The notes: generated from the letters alone by a model not told the origin. A DNA stretch of 64,000 nt from Candidatus Eiseniibacteriota bacterium (GCA_963703225.1 OY969801.1:1376001-1440000), one strand, 5' to 3'. Positions 20,864 to 32,037 are shown, numbered from the stretch's first letter. Numbers and translations: made by a program.

Positions 20864-22324
20864 CGCTCCGGGAGCTTTCGGTCTCGGGGCACCGTGGACC
20901 TCGGCTCATGCCGCTCGACGTCCCGGCGCAGGGGGAGTCGCGACTCCTTCCGCAAGATCGTCGGCGGAGCGCGCCGCCGGCGCTGCCCGAGATCTCCGAG
21001 CCGGTCGCGGTCCGCCATTTCGTGAACCTCTCGACGCTCAACCACCACATCGACAAGGCCATCTATCCGCTCGGCTCCTGCACCATGAAGTACAACCCAA
21101 AGCTTAACGACGAAGTTGCTCGTATTCCTGGATTTGCGATGCTCCACCCCCTCCAGCCGGACGAGACGGCGCAGGGGGCGATGGCGCTCCTCTGGGAGCT
21201 CCACGAGTGGCTCAAGGCGGTGATGCAGATGCCGGCCATCACCACGCAGCCGGCGGCCGGTGCCCAGTGCGAGCTGACGGCCATCCTCATGGCCCGGGCC
21301 TTCCACAAAGATCACGGTGACGCCCGCGAGGAGGTCATCGTCCCCGACTCGGCACACGGGACCAACCCCTCGACGGTCCACCAGGTGGGCTACCGGGTGG
21401 TGACGGTCCCGTCGGGACGGGATGGCTGCGTCGACATGGACGCGCTCCGGGGGGCGATCTCCAGGAAGACCGCGGCGATGATGCTCACGAATCCCAACAC
21501 GCTGGGCATCTTCGAGCGGGACGTGGGCACGATCGCGAAATGGATTCACGAGGTGGGCGCGCTCCTCTACCTGGATGGGGCCAACCTGAACGCCATGGTC
21601 GGGCTCGCGAGCCCGGGTGCCATGGGCTTCGACTTCGCCCACATCAACCTCCACAAGACGTTCTCCACGCCGCATGGTGGGGGCGGCCCGGGGGGCGGCG
21701 TGCTCTGCGCGCGACAGGAGCTGGAGCCCTACCTCCCCCTGCCCGTGCTCGAACGCGTGGAAGGGGATCGATTCCGCTGGGCCTACGATCGGCCGCGATC
21801 GATCGGCCGGGTCCACTCGTACTACGGCAACTTCGGCATTCTGGCGAGGGCGCTCTGCTATATGCGGTCGCTCGGGGGAACGGGGATCTCGGAGGTAAGC
21901 CGCGAGGCCATCCTGAACGCGAACTACCTCAAGGCGAGACTCAAGGATGCCTACGCGCCTTCGCACGAGGGTTTCTGCATGCACGAATTCGTTCTCTCGG
22001 CGAGCCGGCAGAAGGCGCGCGGCGTCAAAGCGCTCGATGTCGCCAAGCGGCTCCTCGACTTCGGCGTGCACGCGCCCACGACCTACTTTCCCGCTGATCG
22101 TCGACGAGGCGCTGATGATCGAGCCGACCGAGACGGAGACCAAGGCGAGCCTGGACGGCTTCGCCGACGCCATGCTCACGATCGATCGGGAATCGATCGA
22201 GGATCCGGCGACGGTGAAGGCCGCGCCAACCCGGACGCCGGTCCGCCGTCTGGACGAGGCCCGGGCCGCGCGCCGGCTCACGTTGACGTGGCAGGATGTC
22301 GAGACCGATGCCGGCGGCGCGTGA
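20851..22324 (+). CDS. gcvPB: Glycine dehydrogenase subunit 2 (frameshift near 22090)
   Basis: '[11 protein letters not shown]', PLP-Lys motif '[16 protein letters not shown]', 'MIEPTETE' in the shifted frame. Confidence 0.95.
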
Positions 22325-22757
22325 AGAGCGGTCGGACGAGGAGAGGGAGCTGACGTGGACCGCGTGGCCCGCCCGGGAGCGGCCTTTGGCCGCCGCCGTG
22401 CTGGTTCTCGCGGCGGTCGTGCTGGGCGTGCTGGTCGCGCGGGGTACCAGCGATCGGGTGCTCGGGATCGCGGCCCCCGCGTTCGTGGTGGCGTCGCTCT
22501 CGTCGTTTCTCTTTCCGACGACCTACCGACTGACCGATGAGTCGGTCGAGGTCCGGTCGCTCGGCGTCGCGCGGGCCCGGCCCTGGTCGGAGATGCGGAG
22601 AATGACGGTGGATCGGACGGGGGTCTTTCTGAGCCCCTTCGAGCGGAAGAGTTGGCTGGAGGCCTATCGCGGCGTCCGGCTTCTCTTCGGAGGAAATCGC
22701 GATCAAGTGGTGGCGTTCGTCGAAGCGCGCGTCGGGGACCGATCCAACCGCACCTGA
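22308..22757 (+). CDS. Hypothetical membrane protein (2 TM plus small beta-rich domain)
   Basis: Overlaps the gcvPB end; two hydrophobic helices then '[13 protein letters not shown]...RPWSE' (PH/YcxB-like pattern). Start uncertain (22296 or 22308). Confidence 0.7.
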   Translation: MPAAREERSDEERELTWTAWPARERPLAAAVLVLAAVVLGVLVARGTSDRVLGIAAPAFVVASLSSFLFPTTYRLTDESVEVRSLGVARARPWSEMRRMTVDRTGVFLSPFERKSWLEAYRGVRLLFGGNRDQVVAFVEARVGDRSNRT

Positions 22758-22863
22758 TCGGCCGGCACCCGCCGGAGAATCGCCAGGCGCCGGCGGGACC
22801 TCGCTGACGCCGGAGGATGAGCGTCTTCTGGATCGCCTGGCGGAGTTCGCGGTCCGGCGCCGG

Positions 22864-23136
22864 ATGACGGTTCCGGCGATCCTTTTCTTGGAGAGCGTGA
22901 AGCCGCTTTCCTTCGTTGGGAGCCAGGCGCTCTATTTTTTTGAGCCGATGGTCCGGGCCCTCTTTTCGGTCCCGGAATACGAGAGGTTCGCGGCGCTTGT
23001 GGAGCGGCGCGAGAACATCGAGGTGCTGCTGGTGAAGATCGAAACGCGAGACGAGAACGATCGGCGAGCGGAGCGGGAGCGCCGGACCCGGGAGCGCGAG
23101 GAGCGCGACGCCCGCAAGCGAAAGGGAACACCGTGA
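22864..23136 (+). CDS. Small hypothetical protein
   Basis: 'MTVPAILFLESVKPLSFVGSQ...ERRENIEVLL'. The frame stays open and protein-like upstream to at least 22801, so the real start is probably earlier. Confidence 0.7.
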   Translation: MTVPAILFLESVKPLSFVGSQALYFFEPMVRALFSVPEYERFAALVERRENIEVLLVKIETRDENDRRAERERRTREREERDARKRKGTP

Positions 23137-24974
23137 GCATCCCGACGCCGGAATCGCTGAACTCCATCCTCGCCACCGACTGCGGGAGCACGACGACCAA
23201 GGCGATCCTGATCGAGCGCCGCGGCGACGAGTACCGCCTGATCGTCCGCGGCGAGGCGCCGACCACGGTCGAGGCGCCGTTCGAGGACGTGACGCGCGGC
23301 GTCCTGAACGCGATCATGGAGGTCGAGGAGCTGGCCGGGCGGAAGATCCTGGACGGCGAGCGGATCATCACGCCGCAGAACGGCGAACGAGGGCGTCGAC
23401 CTCTACATCTCGACCTCGAGCGCCGGCGGCGGGCTCCAGATGATGGTGTCGGGCGTGGTGAAGAGCATGACCGGGGAGAGCGCCCAGCGCGCCGCTCTGG
23501 GCGCCGGCGCGATCGTGATGGACGTGATCGCCACCAACGACGGCCGGCTGCCGCACGAGAAGATCAAGCGGCATCCGCCAGCTGCGGCCCGACATGATCC
23601 TGCTCTCCGGCGGCATCGACGGCGGGACGACGTCCGCACGTGGTCGAGATGGCCGAGCTTCTGGCCGCCGCCGACCCCAAGGCGCGCCTCGGCGCCGGCT
23701 ACGAGCTGCCGGTCATCTACGCCGGCAACAAGGACGCGCGCGGAGATCGTCGAGGAGCGCCTGGCGCAGCAAGACCGCGCTCAAGATCGTGCGACAACCT
23801 GCGGCCCGTGCTGGAGCGCGAGAACCTCACGCCCGCGCGCGACATGATCCACGAGCTGTTCATGGAGCACGTGATGGCGCACGCGCCGGGCTACAAGAAG
23901 CTGATGACCTGGTCGCCGGTGCCGATCATGCCGACGCCCGGGCGCGGTCGGGCTCATCATCGAGACGATCGCGCAGCGCGGAGAAGATCAACGTCGTCGG
24001 CGTCGACATCGGCGGCGCGACCACCGACGTGTTCTCGGTCTTCCAGGACGTCTTCAACCGCACGGTGAGCGCCAACCTCGGCATGAGCTACTCGCGTCTC
24101 GAACGTGCTGGCCGAGGCCGGGCTCGCGAACATCCTGCGCTGGGTGCCGTTCGCGATCGGACGAGGCCGACCTGCGCAACCGGATCAAGAACAAGATGAT
24201 CCGCCCGACCACGATCCCGCAGACGCTGGAGGAGCTGATCATCGAGCAGGCGATCGCGCGCGAGGCGCTGCGCCTCGCGTTCGAGCAGCACAAGCCGCTC
24301 GCGGTCGGCCTCAAGGGCGTGCAGCAGGAGCGCACGATCTCCGACACCTTCGAGCAGACCGCGAGCGGCGAGACCCTGGTCAACCTGGACCGACCTCGAC
24401 CTGCTCGTCGGCAGCGGCGGCGTGCTCTCGCACGCGCCGCGCCGGGCCCAGGCGGCGCTGATGATGCTCGACGCGTTCCTGCCCGAGGACGTCACGCGAG
24501 CTCGCGGTCGACTCGATCTTCATGATGCCGCAGCTCGGCGTGCTCTCCGACGGTGCATCCGAGAGGCGGCGACCGAGGTCTTCGAGAAGGACTGCCTGAT
24601 CCGCCTCGGCTCCAGCGTCGCGCCGGTCGGGTCCGGGCAAGGACGGCGCGACCGCACTCCGCGCGACGCTCACAGTTCGCGGACGGCCGGAAGGAAACGC
24701 TTCTCGATTCCCTACGGCGACCTGAAGCTCGTGCCCGGTTCCGGAGGGAGAGACCGTCCAGGCGGTCCTGAACCCCGAGCGAGGGTTTCGACGTGGGAGC
24801 CGGCAAGGGTAGAGAACGCACGGTCACGCTCAAGGGTGGGGTCGTCGGGGTGATCCTGGACTGCCGCGGACGCCAGCCGTTCGCGCTGCCGGAGGAACGC
24901 GCCCGGCGGTTCGCGAAGCTCGCCGCTTGGAACGAGGCGCTCGGGGTCTACCCGGCCGTCGCGAGGAGGTCTAG
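23133..24974 (+). CDS. Glutamate mutase L (GlmL/MutL)-like ASKHA ATPase with C-terminal extension (many frameshifts)
   Basis: Phosphate-1 'DCGSTTTK', 'SSAGGGL', 'ILLSGGIDGG', 'IYAGNK', 'IMPTP', phosphate-2 'DIGGATTDVFS', 'GSGGVLSHAP', reconstructed across frames. Confidence 0.85.
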
Positions 24975-24976
24975 CC

Positions 24977-26111
24977 ATGGCCCACTCCTACACTCCGGGG
25001 CTCAAGGTCGCCGCGTTCGCGACGGTGCGCCGCGAGCGGAAGCTCCCGCTCGCGGGGACGGTTGTCGTCCAGAGGGGGCAGACGGTGGAGGCGGAAACCG
25101 TCGTCGCGCGGACGGAGCTGCCGGGCAACGTGCAGACGGTGAACGCGGCGAACATCCTCGGGATCCTGCCCGAGGACGTCCCCGAGTGTCTGGTGAAGCC
25201 GGTCGGCTCGCCCGGTCAAGAAGGGAGAGGCATTCGCCGAGAGCCGCTCCTTCTTCGGTCTGTTCCGATCCAAGTGCGTGGCGCCCACCGATGGGACGCT
25301 GGAGAGCGTCTCGACGGTCACCGGCCAGGCGATCCTCCGGGAGCCGCCGATCCCGGTCGAGGTCGACGCCTACGTCGACGGCGTGGTGGTCGACGTGCAC
25401 GAGGGGCAGGGCGTCACGGTGGAGACGCGCGGGACCTTCATCCAGGGAATCTTCGGCATCGGCGGGGAGACGTCCGGAACGCTCCACGTCGTCGGTCTCG
25501 GGTCCGGGCGAGGCACTCGTAGAGGCGAATGATCGACGAAAGCGCCAGAGGCAAGGTCCTGGTCGGCGGGTCGCACGTATCCACGAAGGTCTTGCGGCGC
25601 GCCATCCAGCTCGGTGCCAAGGCGGTGGTCGTCGGCGGATTCGACGATCACGACCTCCGCGAGTTCCTGGGCTACGACCTGGGCGTGGCGATCACGGGGA
25701 CGGAGGAGAAGGGGATCACGCTGGTCGTGACCGAAGGATTCGGCGAGATCCCGATGGCGACCCGCACGTTCGATCTCCTGAAAAGCTGCGAGGGCCGAAA
25801 GGTCTCGGTGAGCGGCGCCACGCAGATTCGCGCGGGCGTCCTGCGCCCCGAGATCATCGCGCCGAGGCTTACCGAATCGGCCCCGCGCGAGGAGCACAAA
25901 GACGACTCCGAGCATGGTGGGCCTGACGATCGGGACCACGATCCGCGTCATCCGGGAGCCCCACTTCGGCAGGCTCGGCAAGGTCGTGGCGCTGCCGCCC
26001 GAGCTGGTCGCGCTCGAGACCGAGGCCAAGGTGCGGGTTCTCGAGGTGGACTTCGGGGACGGGACGCGGACGATCCTGCCGCGGGCCAACGTGGAGATGA
26101 TCGAAACCTAG
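24977..26111 (+). CDS. Conserved hypothetical protein with barrel-sandwich-hybrid repeats and C-terminal KOW-like domain (frameshifted)
   Basis: 'VQRGQTVEAETVVA', 'VGSPVKKGE', 'APTDGTLESV', 'AYVDGVVVDV', central alpha/beta 'TEGFG' region, C-terminal 'GTTIRVIREPHFGRLGKV'. Confidence 0.75.
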
Positions 26112-26136
26112 CGTCCACCCCGCCGGGAGTTGGCGC

Positions 26137-26166
26137 TTGACAGACGCCGGCGCTGACCCCTACCGT
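26137..26166 (+). promoter_or_regulatory. Internal sigma70-type promoter
   Basis: TTGACA(26137-26142)-N18-TACCGT in the gap before the membrane-protein genes. Confidence 0.5.
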
Positions 26167-26214
26167 GGGGATGTTCGCCGGCCGCCGCATCACGTAGGGA
26201 GGGTTCCCGTTCGC

Positions 26215-27343
26215 GTGCTGGGCAAGCAGCCTGGTAGGGCCCGTGCGATCGCCGCGCTCCTCGCGTGGCTTTGTCTCGTTCCCTCCGTTTCCTCCGCGTT
26301 TCCCATTCAAGCCGAAGACACCCCCAACGATGGCGGCAATAGCGTCACGCTCTCCTGGGCCGCCCCCGGGACCGCCCCGCGGCAGTGGATGATCGTCCGG
26401 CGGGAGCGCGGGGGCTCCTTCGCGCCTCTCTTGACGATCGAGGGCGCGCTCCACACCTATCGGGACGACGGCGCTCAGACCGGGACCGTCTACGAGTACC
26501 AGCTCATCGCGCAGCCGGCTCAGCCGGAGCTCGACTCCGAGATCTCCTCGCCCATCCGGTCGGTCGCGAACTGGTTCGACAGGACCAAGCTGAACGTGCT
26601 GATCGTCTCGACGATCTTCTTTCTGCTCCTCTTCTACTACATCGCGCAGGCGGAACGGGGAACGCGCTGGGTCTTCCGGAAAATCACCGGGCCTCGACGC
26701 GATCGAGGAGGCTGTCGGGCGGGCGACCGAGATGGGCAAGGGCGTCCTCTACGTCCCGGGCGTCCAGGACATCGACGACATCCAGACGATCGCGAGCATG
26801 ATCCTGCTCTCCCGGGTCGCCAAGATGAGCGCCAAGTACGAGACCGATCTGATGGTGCCGACGAATTCTCCCGGCGTCTACACGGTGGCGGAGGAAGTGG
26901 TCAAGTCGGCCTATGCGGACGTGGGCCGCACCGACGCGTACCGGAGCGACCAGGTTCGCTACCTGACATCGGAGCAATTCGCATACGTGGCCGCGGTGAA
27001 TGGGATCATGCTCCGGGAGCGTCCGGCCGCGAACCTTCTGCTCGGCGCGTTCTTCGCGGAATCGCTCCTCCTCGCCGAGACCGGGCACGCGATCGGCGCC
27101 ATCCAGATCGCGGGGACCGCGAATGTCCACCAGATGCCGTTCTTTGTCGTGGCGTGCGATTACACGCTGATCGGGGAGGAGTACTACGCGGCGAGCGCGC
27201 TCCTTTCCAACGACTCGCGCCTCCTCGGGAGTCTCAAGTCCTCGGATACGGTCAAGATCTTCCTCATCGTGGTCATCACCCTCGGCGCGATCCTCCTGAC
27301 CTTTGGCCAGACATGGCTCGCGGAGTTCTTCGCGACCCAATGA
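26215..27343 (+). CDS. FN3-like periplasmic domain plus DUF6754-like membrane-anchored protein (frameshift near 26690)
   Basis: Signal peptide, 'DTPNDGGNSVTLSW...YRD...TVYEY' FN3 pattern, TM, then 'GLDAIEEAVGRATEMG...GAIQIAGT...DYTLIGEEYYAASA' and a C-terminal TM. Confidence 0.75.
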
Positions 27344-27353
27344 GACGCCCACG

Positions 27354-27992
27354 ATGAAGCGCGAGATTCCGGTCATCATCACCCTGGTCTCGGGCCTCTT
27401 CTGCCTGATCGGCTTTTTCGTGCCGCACCCTCTGATCCACAACCTCTACAGCGACATGCAAAACTGGGCGATCGTGGTGGTCGGCTGCACGTATGTCCTC
27501 GGCGTGGCCAATCTCCTTCGCATCAACTCGCGCCAGATCCAGCGAAAGGAGCGCGATTGGGTCTACAAGATCGTCCTCATCGCCGGGATGCTGATCACGA
27601 TGGCGGTTGGGTTCTCGGAGCTATCCAGGTACACCGAGGTCACGTCGAGGTTTCAGTGGATCTACCGCACCTTCTACTCGCCGATGGCGGCCACCATGTT
27701 CGCGCTCCTCGCTTTCTTCATCGCGTCCGCGGCGTTTCGAGCGTTCCGGATCCGGTCGATGGAGGCGCTCCTCCTGGCGATCGCGGCGTTCATCCTCATG
27801 CTGGGGCGCGTTCCCCTCGGGAACGTCATCCACCCGCTCCTCCCTCAGGCTGCTGATTGGCTGATGGAGATTCCCCAGAACGCGGCCAAGCGGGGCATCT
27901 TGATCGGGGCGGCGCTCGGGGTCATGGCCACGGGTATCCGGGTGATCCTGGGCCTGGAAAAGACGTACGGCGGTGGGGAGGGGAACGCGTGA
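27354..27992 (+). CDS. Hypothetical polytopic membrane protein (about 6 TM)
   Basis: 'MFALLAFFIASAAFRAFR' and 'AAKRGILIGAALG'; hydrophobic; coupled to the next gene by GTGA. Confidence 0.85.
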   Translation: MKREIPVIITLVSGLFCLIGFFVPHPLIHNLYSDMQNWAIVVVGCTYVLGVANLLRINSRQIQRKERDWVYKIVLIAGMLITMAVGFSELSRYTEVTSRFQWIYRTFYSPMAATMFALLAFFIASAAFRAFRIRSMEALLLAIAAFILMLGRVPLGNVIHPLLPQAADWLMEIPQNAAKRGILIGAALGVMATGIRVILGLEKTYGGGEGNA

Positions 27993-28819
27993 AAGGGCTC
28001 GCGTCGCTTCGCGACCTGGATCGGCGCTGGATTTTCCTCGGCGTCGCCCTGCTGGTGATCCTCCCGCTTCTGTTTGGATTTCACCTGGCCCCCGTCCTGC
28101 CCAGCCACCGCGCCAAGGGATTCTTTGACGCCATCGAGCGGCTCCCCGCGGGATCGACCGTGCTCGTCGCGGGGGACTACGATCCCGGGACGGTCGCCGA
28201 GAACTACCCGATGCACCTGGCGGCGGTCCGTCATCTCATGCGGAAGGGCGTCAAGATTATCGGGATTGAGCTCTACCCGGCCGGCCCGCCGCTCGCCGAC
28301 GACGTGCTCCGCATCGCCGCCGCGGAGAATGGGAAGAAGCAGAGCGTCGACTACGTCAATCTCGGCTACAAGGTGGGTAACGAGCTGGTCATGTCCGCCA
28401 TGGGGAGTAGCATCCCGAGCACATTCCCGGTGGACAACCGCGGGATTCCCGTGGGGCAGATCCCAGTCATGAAGGGAATCGAGAACTTCCAGCAAATCAG
28501 CATGATCGTCAGCATCAGCGCGGGGTATCCGGGGACCAAGGAGTGGGTGCAGCAGGTGGTCTCGCGATTCCACGTGCCGATGGTGGCCGGGGTCACCGCG
28601 GTGAGCGCGCCCGAGTACTACCCGTACCTGCAGGCCGGGCAGCTCCAGGGATTGCTGGGCGGCATGGCGGGGGCCGCGGAGTACGAAGTACTTGTGGACC
28701 ACCGCGGGCTCGCGACGCGCGGCATGGATGCCCAATCGCTCGCTCACGTCTTCATCGCGTTCATGATCATCCTGGGCAATTTGGCGTTCCTGCCGCAGAG
28801 AAAGGCCGCCCGGAGCTAG
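27989..28819 (+). CDS. Hypothetical protein with N- and C-terminal TM and a central alpha/beta domain
   Basis: 'DRRWIFL', 'DYDPGTVAENYP', 'DYVNLGYKVG', 'PYLQAGQLQGLLGGMAGAAEYE'. Confidence 0.85.
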   Translation: MKGLASLRDLDRRWIFLGVALLVILPLLFGFHLAPVLPSHRAKGFFDAIERLPAGSTVLVAGDYDPGTVAENYPMHLAAVRHLMRKGVKIIGIELYPAGPPLADDVLRIAAAENGKKQSVDYVNLGYKVGNELVMSAMGSSIPSTFPVDNRGIPVGQIPVMKGIENFQQISMIVSISAGYPGTKEWVQQVVSRFHVPMVAGVTAVSAPEYYPYLQAGQLQGLLGGMAGAAEYEVLVDHRGLATRGMDAQSLAHVFIAFMIILGNLAFLPQRKAARS

Positions 28820-28826
28820 GCCAGCC

Positions 28827-29471
28827 ATGCACCTGAACCACGAACCAGGCATCTGGATCGCAGCCTTCCTGACCCTGGGGATCTTCAGCTTCTTGTACCG
28901 GGACAATCCGGTCTACAAGCTCTGCGAGCATCTCTTCGTGGGGGTTTCGGCGGGATACTACGTGGTCCTGACGATGATCTCGTCTGTCTGGCCCAACTTG
29001 CTGCAACCCCTCTTCGGCGATTTCGCCCACGAGCGCCACTACCTCCTCCTGATTCCGCTGGTGCTCGGCATCCTCCTCTTCTCGCGTTTCTTCCCGCGTG
29101 GGGATTGGCTTTCCCGCTGGCCCATCGCGTTCATCCTGGGCGTCTATCCGGCGCTCCGGATCACGGGCTTCGCTCAGGGTGATCTGGTGGAGCAGGTCCA
29201 CGGCACGATCCTGCCACTTTGGGTTCCTGGTGATCTTTGGACCACATTCAACAACTGGCTCCTGGTCGTCGGGCTGCTCTGCACGCTCCTCTTTTTCTTC
29301 TTCTCGAAGGAGCACAAGGGAGCGCTCGGCGGGACCGCGCGGTTGGGGATCTATTTCCTCATGGTCAGCTTTGGCGCGTCGTATGGATATACCGTCATGG
29401 CCCGCGTATCCCTTCTGATTGGCCGCGTGATGTTCCTCCTCGACAATTGGCTCGGCCTGCTCCGATTCTGA
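28827..29471 (+). CDS. Hypothetical polytopic membrane protein (about 6 TM)
   Basis: 'TLGIFSFLYRDNP.YKLCEHLFVG' and 'FLMVSFGASYGYTVMAR'. Confidence 0.85.
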   Translation: MHLNHEPGIWIAAFLTLGIFSFLYRDNPVYKLCEHLFVGVSAGYYVVLTMISSVWPNLLQPLFGDFAHERHYLLLIPLVLGILLFSRFFPRGDWLSRWPIAFILGVYPALRITGFAQGDLVEQVHGTILPLWVPGDLWTTFNNWLLVVGLLCTLLFFFFSKEHKGALGGTARLGIYFLMVSFGASYGYTVMARVSLLIGRVMFLLDNWLGLLRF

Positions 29472-29482
29472 GGACGCAGCCC

Positions 29483-30283
29483 GTGGCGGGCCGAGCCGTC
29501 GCGTATCACCTCCCACACACCACAGCGCCAGGCTCGGCGCAGATGAGCACCGACCGCGCGCTCCTCGAGTGGGCCGCCGACGCACCCGCCCGCGCCGTCT
29601 TCCGAACCTATTCCTGGGAGCGCCCCACGCTGAGCCTCGGTCGTGCGGAGCCCTTTCCCTTCGGTTGGGATCCGCGCGCGCTCGAGTCCGCGGGGATCGA
29701 CGTGGTCCGGCGACCCACGGGCGGGGACGCCGTGCTCCACGACGGAGAGCTTACCTTCGCCGTGGCGGCGAGCCTCCCCGGCCCGTGGGGCCTTCGGCCG
29801 CGCGCGTTCGCGGAGGTCGTGGCGGAGGCGCTGGCCCAAGCGCTTCGGGCCTTCCATCTCCCCGCGGTCCGAATCGACCCGGGAGAGCCGCTGGGGTCGC
29901 CCGCGCGCCCCGGGGAGCACCCCTGTTTCGCGCGGGCAGCGGCGGGAGAGGTCCGGATCGGGACGTACAAGGTGGCCGGCATCGCGTCCCGATTCACCCG
30001 GGGCGCGGCCCTGAGCCACGCCTCCGTGCCCCTCGATTCACGGCATCGCGACGTCGCCTTGTTCCGCGTGGACAAAGCAGCGGATCGGTCCGACCTGGAG
30101 CTCCATGCGCGGTCGGCCGCTGAGCTTTCCGGTGGAAACCTCCCGTCTGCACTCCTCGGCGCCCGGATCGTGGATTGCCTCGCGGCGTCTTTCGGAACGG
30201 CGTTTGCGAAGACCACGTTCGACGAGGTCCCGATCCCGGAGCCAGGCCGCGCCGAGTCCGTGTGGTACCTTTGCCCGCCATGA
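29483..30283 (+). CDS. Lipoate-protein ligase / octanoyltransferase (LplA/LipM family)
   Basis: 'QMSTDRALL', 'RTYSWERPTLSLG', 'RRPTGGDAVLHD', catalytic 'KVAG'; GTG start after GAGGA. Confidence 0.85.
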   Translation: MAGRAVAYHLPHTTAPGSAQMSTDRALLEWAADAPARAVFRTYSWERPTLSLGRAEPFPFGWDPRALESAGIDVVRRPTGGDAVLHDGELTFAVAASLPGPWGLRPRAFAEVVAEALAQALRAFHLPAVRIDPGEPLGSPARPGEHPCFARAAAGEVRIGTYKVAGIASRFTRGAALSHASVPLDSRHRDVALFRVDKAADRSDLELHARSAAELSGGNLPSALLGARIVDCLAASFGTAFAKTTFDEVPIPEPGRAESVWYLCPP

Positions 30284-31820
30284 GCGGATGGAATGGGCGA
30301 CTCGTCGGTCTCGTGATCCTGGATGGCTGGGGCGTCAATCCGAAGAGAGAGGGGAACGCCGTGCGACTGGCCCGCACGCCGGTCATGGACCGCCTTCTCT
30401 CGAGCCACCCCAGCGCGACCCTCACGACCTGCGGGACGGCTGTCGGGCTTCCGCCCGGGCAGATGGGAAACTCCGAGGTCGGGCACCTGAACCTCGGCGC
30501 GGGCCGGATCGTCTATCAGGACCTCACCCGGATCGACAAGGCGGTCGCGGACGGCGAGCTGGCGCGAAACCCGGTCCTGCCTCGACGCCTGGAAGCGGGC
30601 GCGAGCGGGCGGAACGCTTCACCTGATCGGGCTGGTCTCGCCGGGCGGGGTACACAGCCACGAGCGACATCTCTTCGCGTTGCTTCGGCTCGCGGCGGCG
30701 GCCGGCGTGCGCCGGATCCGCGTGCACGCGTTCCTGGACGGCCGCGACACGGCGCCCCGCTGCGGCGCGAGGCGTCCATCGAGGCCGACCGAATCGGTGC
30801 TCGCGGAGCGTACCCGACGGCGCGATCGCGACCGTTTCGGGCCGCTTCTTCGCGATGGATCGCGACAAGCGCTGGGACCGGACCGAGAAGGCCTACCGCG
30901 CGATGGTTCAGGGCGAGGGACTCAGGCGCCGCTTCGGCGGTCGGAGGCGCTCGCCGCGGCGTACGGGCGCGGAGAGGGCGACGAGTTCGTGACGCCCACG
31001 GTCCTCGCGGGAGCCGACGGAGCGATCCGGACGCGGGGACACGGTCGTCGCGTTCAATTTCCGCCCCGATCGGATGCGCCAGATCTCGCAGGGCGCTGGC
31101 GGATCCCGGCTTCGAGGCGTTCCCGCGGCCCGAGCGGCCGACCGAGCTCCACTACGTCTGCATGACCGAGTACGACGAGACCTTCACCTTCCCTGTGATC
31201 TTCACGGACGAGCCGCTCCGCCGCACGATCGGCGAGGTGGTGAGCCAGGCGCGGGATCCGCCAGCTCCGGATCGCGGAGACCGAGAAGTACGCGCACGTC
31301 ACCTACTTCTTCAACGGCAGCGAGGAGACGCCGTTCTCGGGAGAGGACCGGGTCCTGATCCCGTCGCCGAAGGTGACGACCTACGACCAGAAGCCGGAGA
31401 TGAGCGCCCTCGAGGTCACGGCGGAGCTCGAGCAGCGCCTCCAGGACGACCGTTACGGTTTCTTCGTCCTCAACTACGCGAACGCCGACATGGTGGGGCA
31501 CACGGGCGTTCTTTCGGCCGCGGTGCGCGCCGTGGAGACCGTCGACACTTGCCTCGGCAGGGTGATCGACGCGGTTGTCCAAGAGGGACGGGCTGGCGCT
31601 CGTGACAGCCGACCACGGGAACGCGGAGCAGATGATCGACGAATCGACCGGCGGCCCGCACACCGCCCACTCCCTCAATCCCGTGCCCGTTCTGGTCGCC
31701 GGCGGGGAGCCTCTCCGGCTCCGCTCCGGCATTCTGGCCGACGTGGCGCCGACGCTCCTCGCGCTAATGGGCCTCCCTCAGCCGGCGGAAATGACCGGGA
31801 CGAGCCTTCTGGCCGGATGA
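30280..31820 (+). CDS. gpmI: 2,3-bisphosphoglycerate-independent phosphoglycerate mutase (frameshifted)
   Basis: 'ILDGWG', '[10 protein letters not shown]', '[10 protein letters not shown]', 'NADMVGHTG', 'TADHGNAE'. Confidence 0.95.
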
Positions 31821-32037
31821 GCCTGGGGGTTTTCCCCCGCGCGATTGCGGTAGAGACCCCACCCGAACCCCTCCAAACCTCCCCCTGCCTGGCTCCGTGG
31901 AAGTGGACGCCTGTCGGGGCGCTCATGGGCCATAATCGAGATCATTAAAACCGTGTATCTTATCGTAAAATAGTAGGTTATACGTGGTCAGTTCGAGCCA
32001 CACTGCGGAAGCCGAGCCAAAGAAAAACCGCCCCGCC

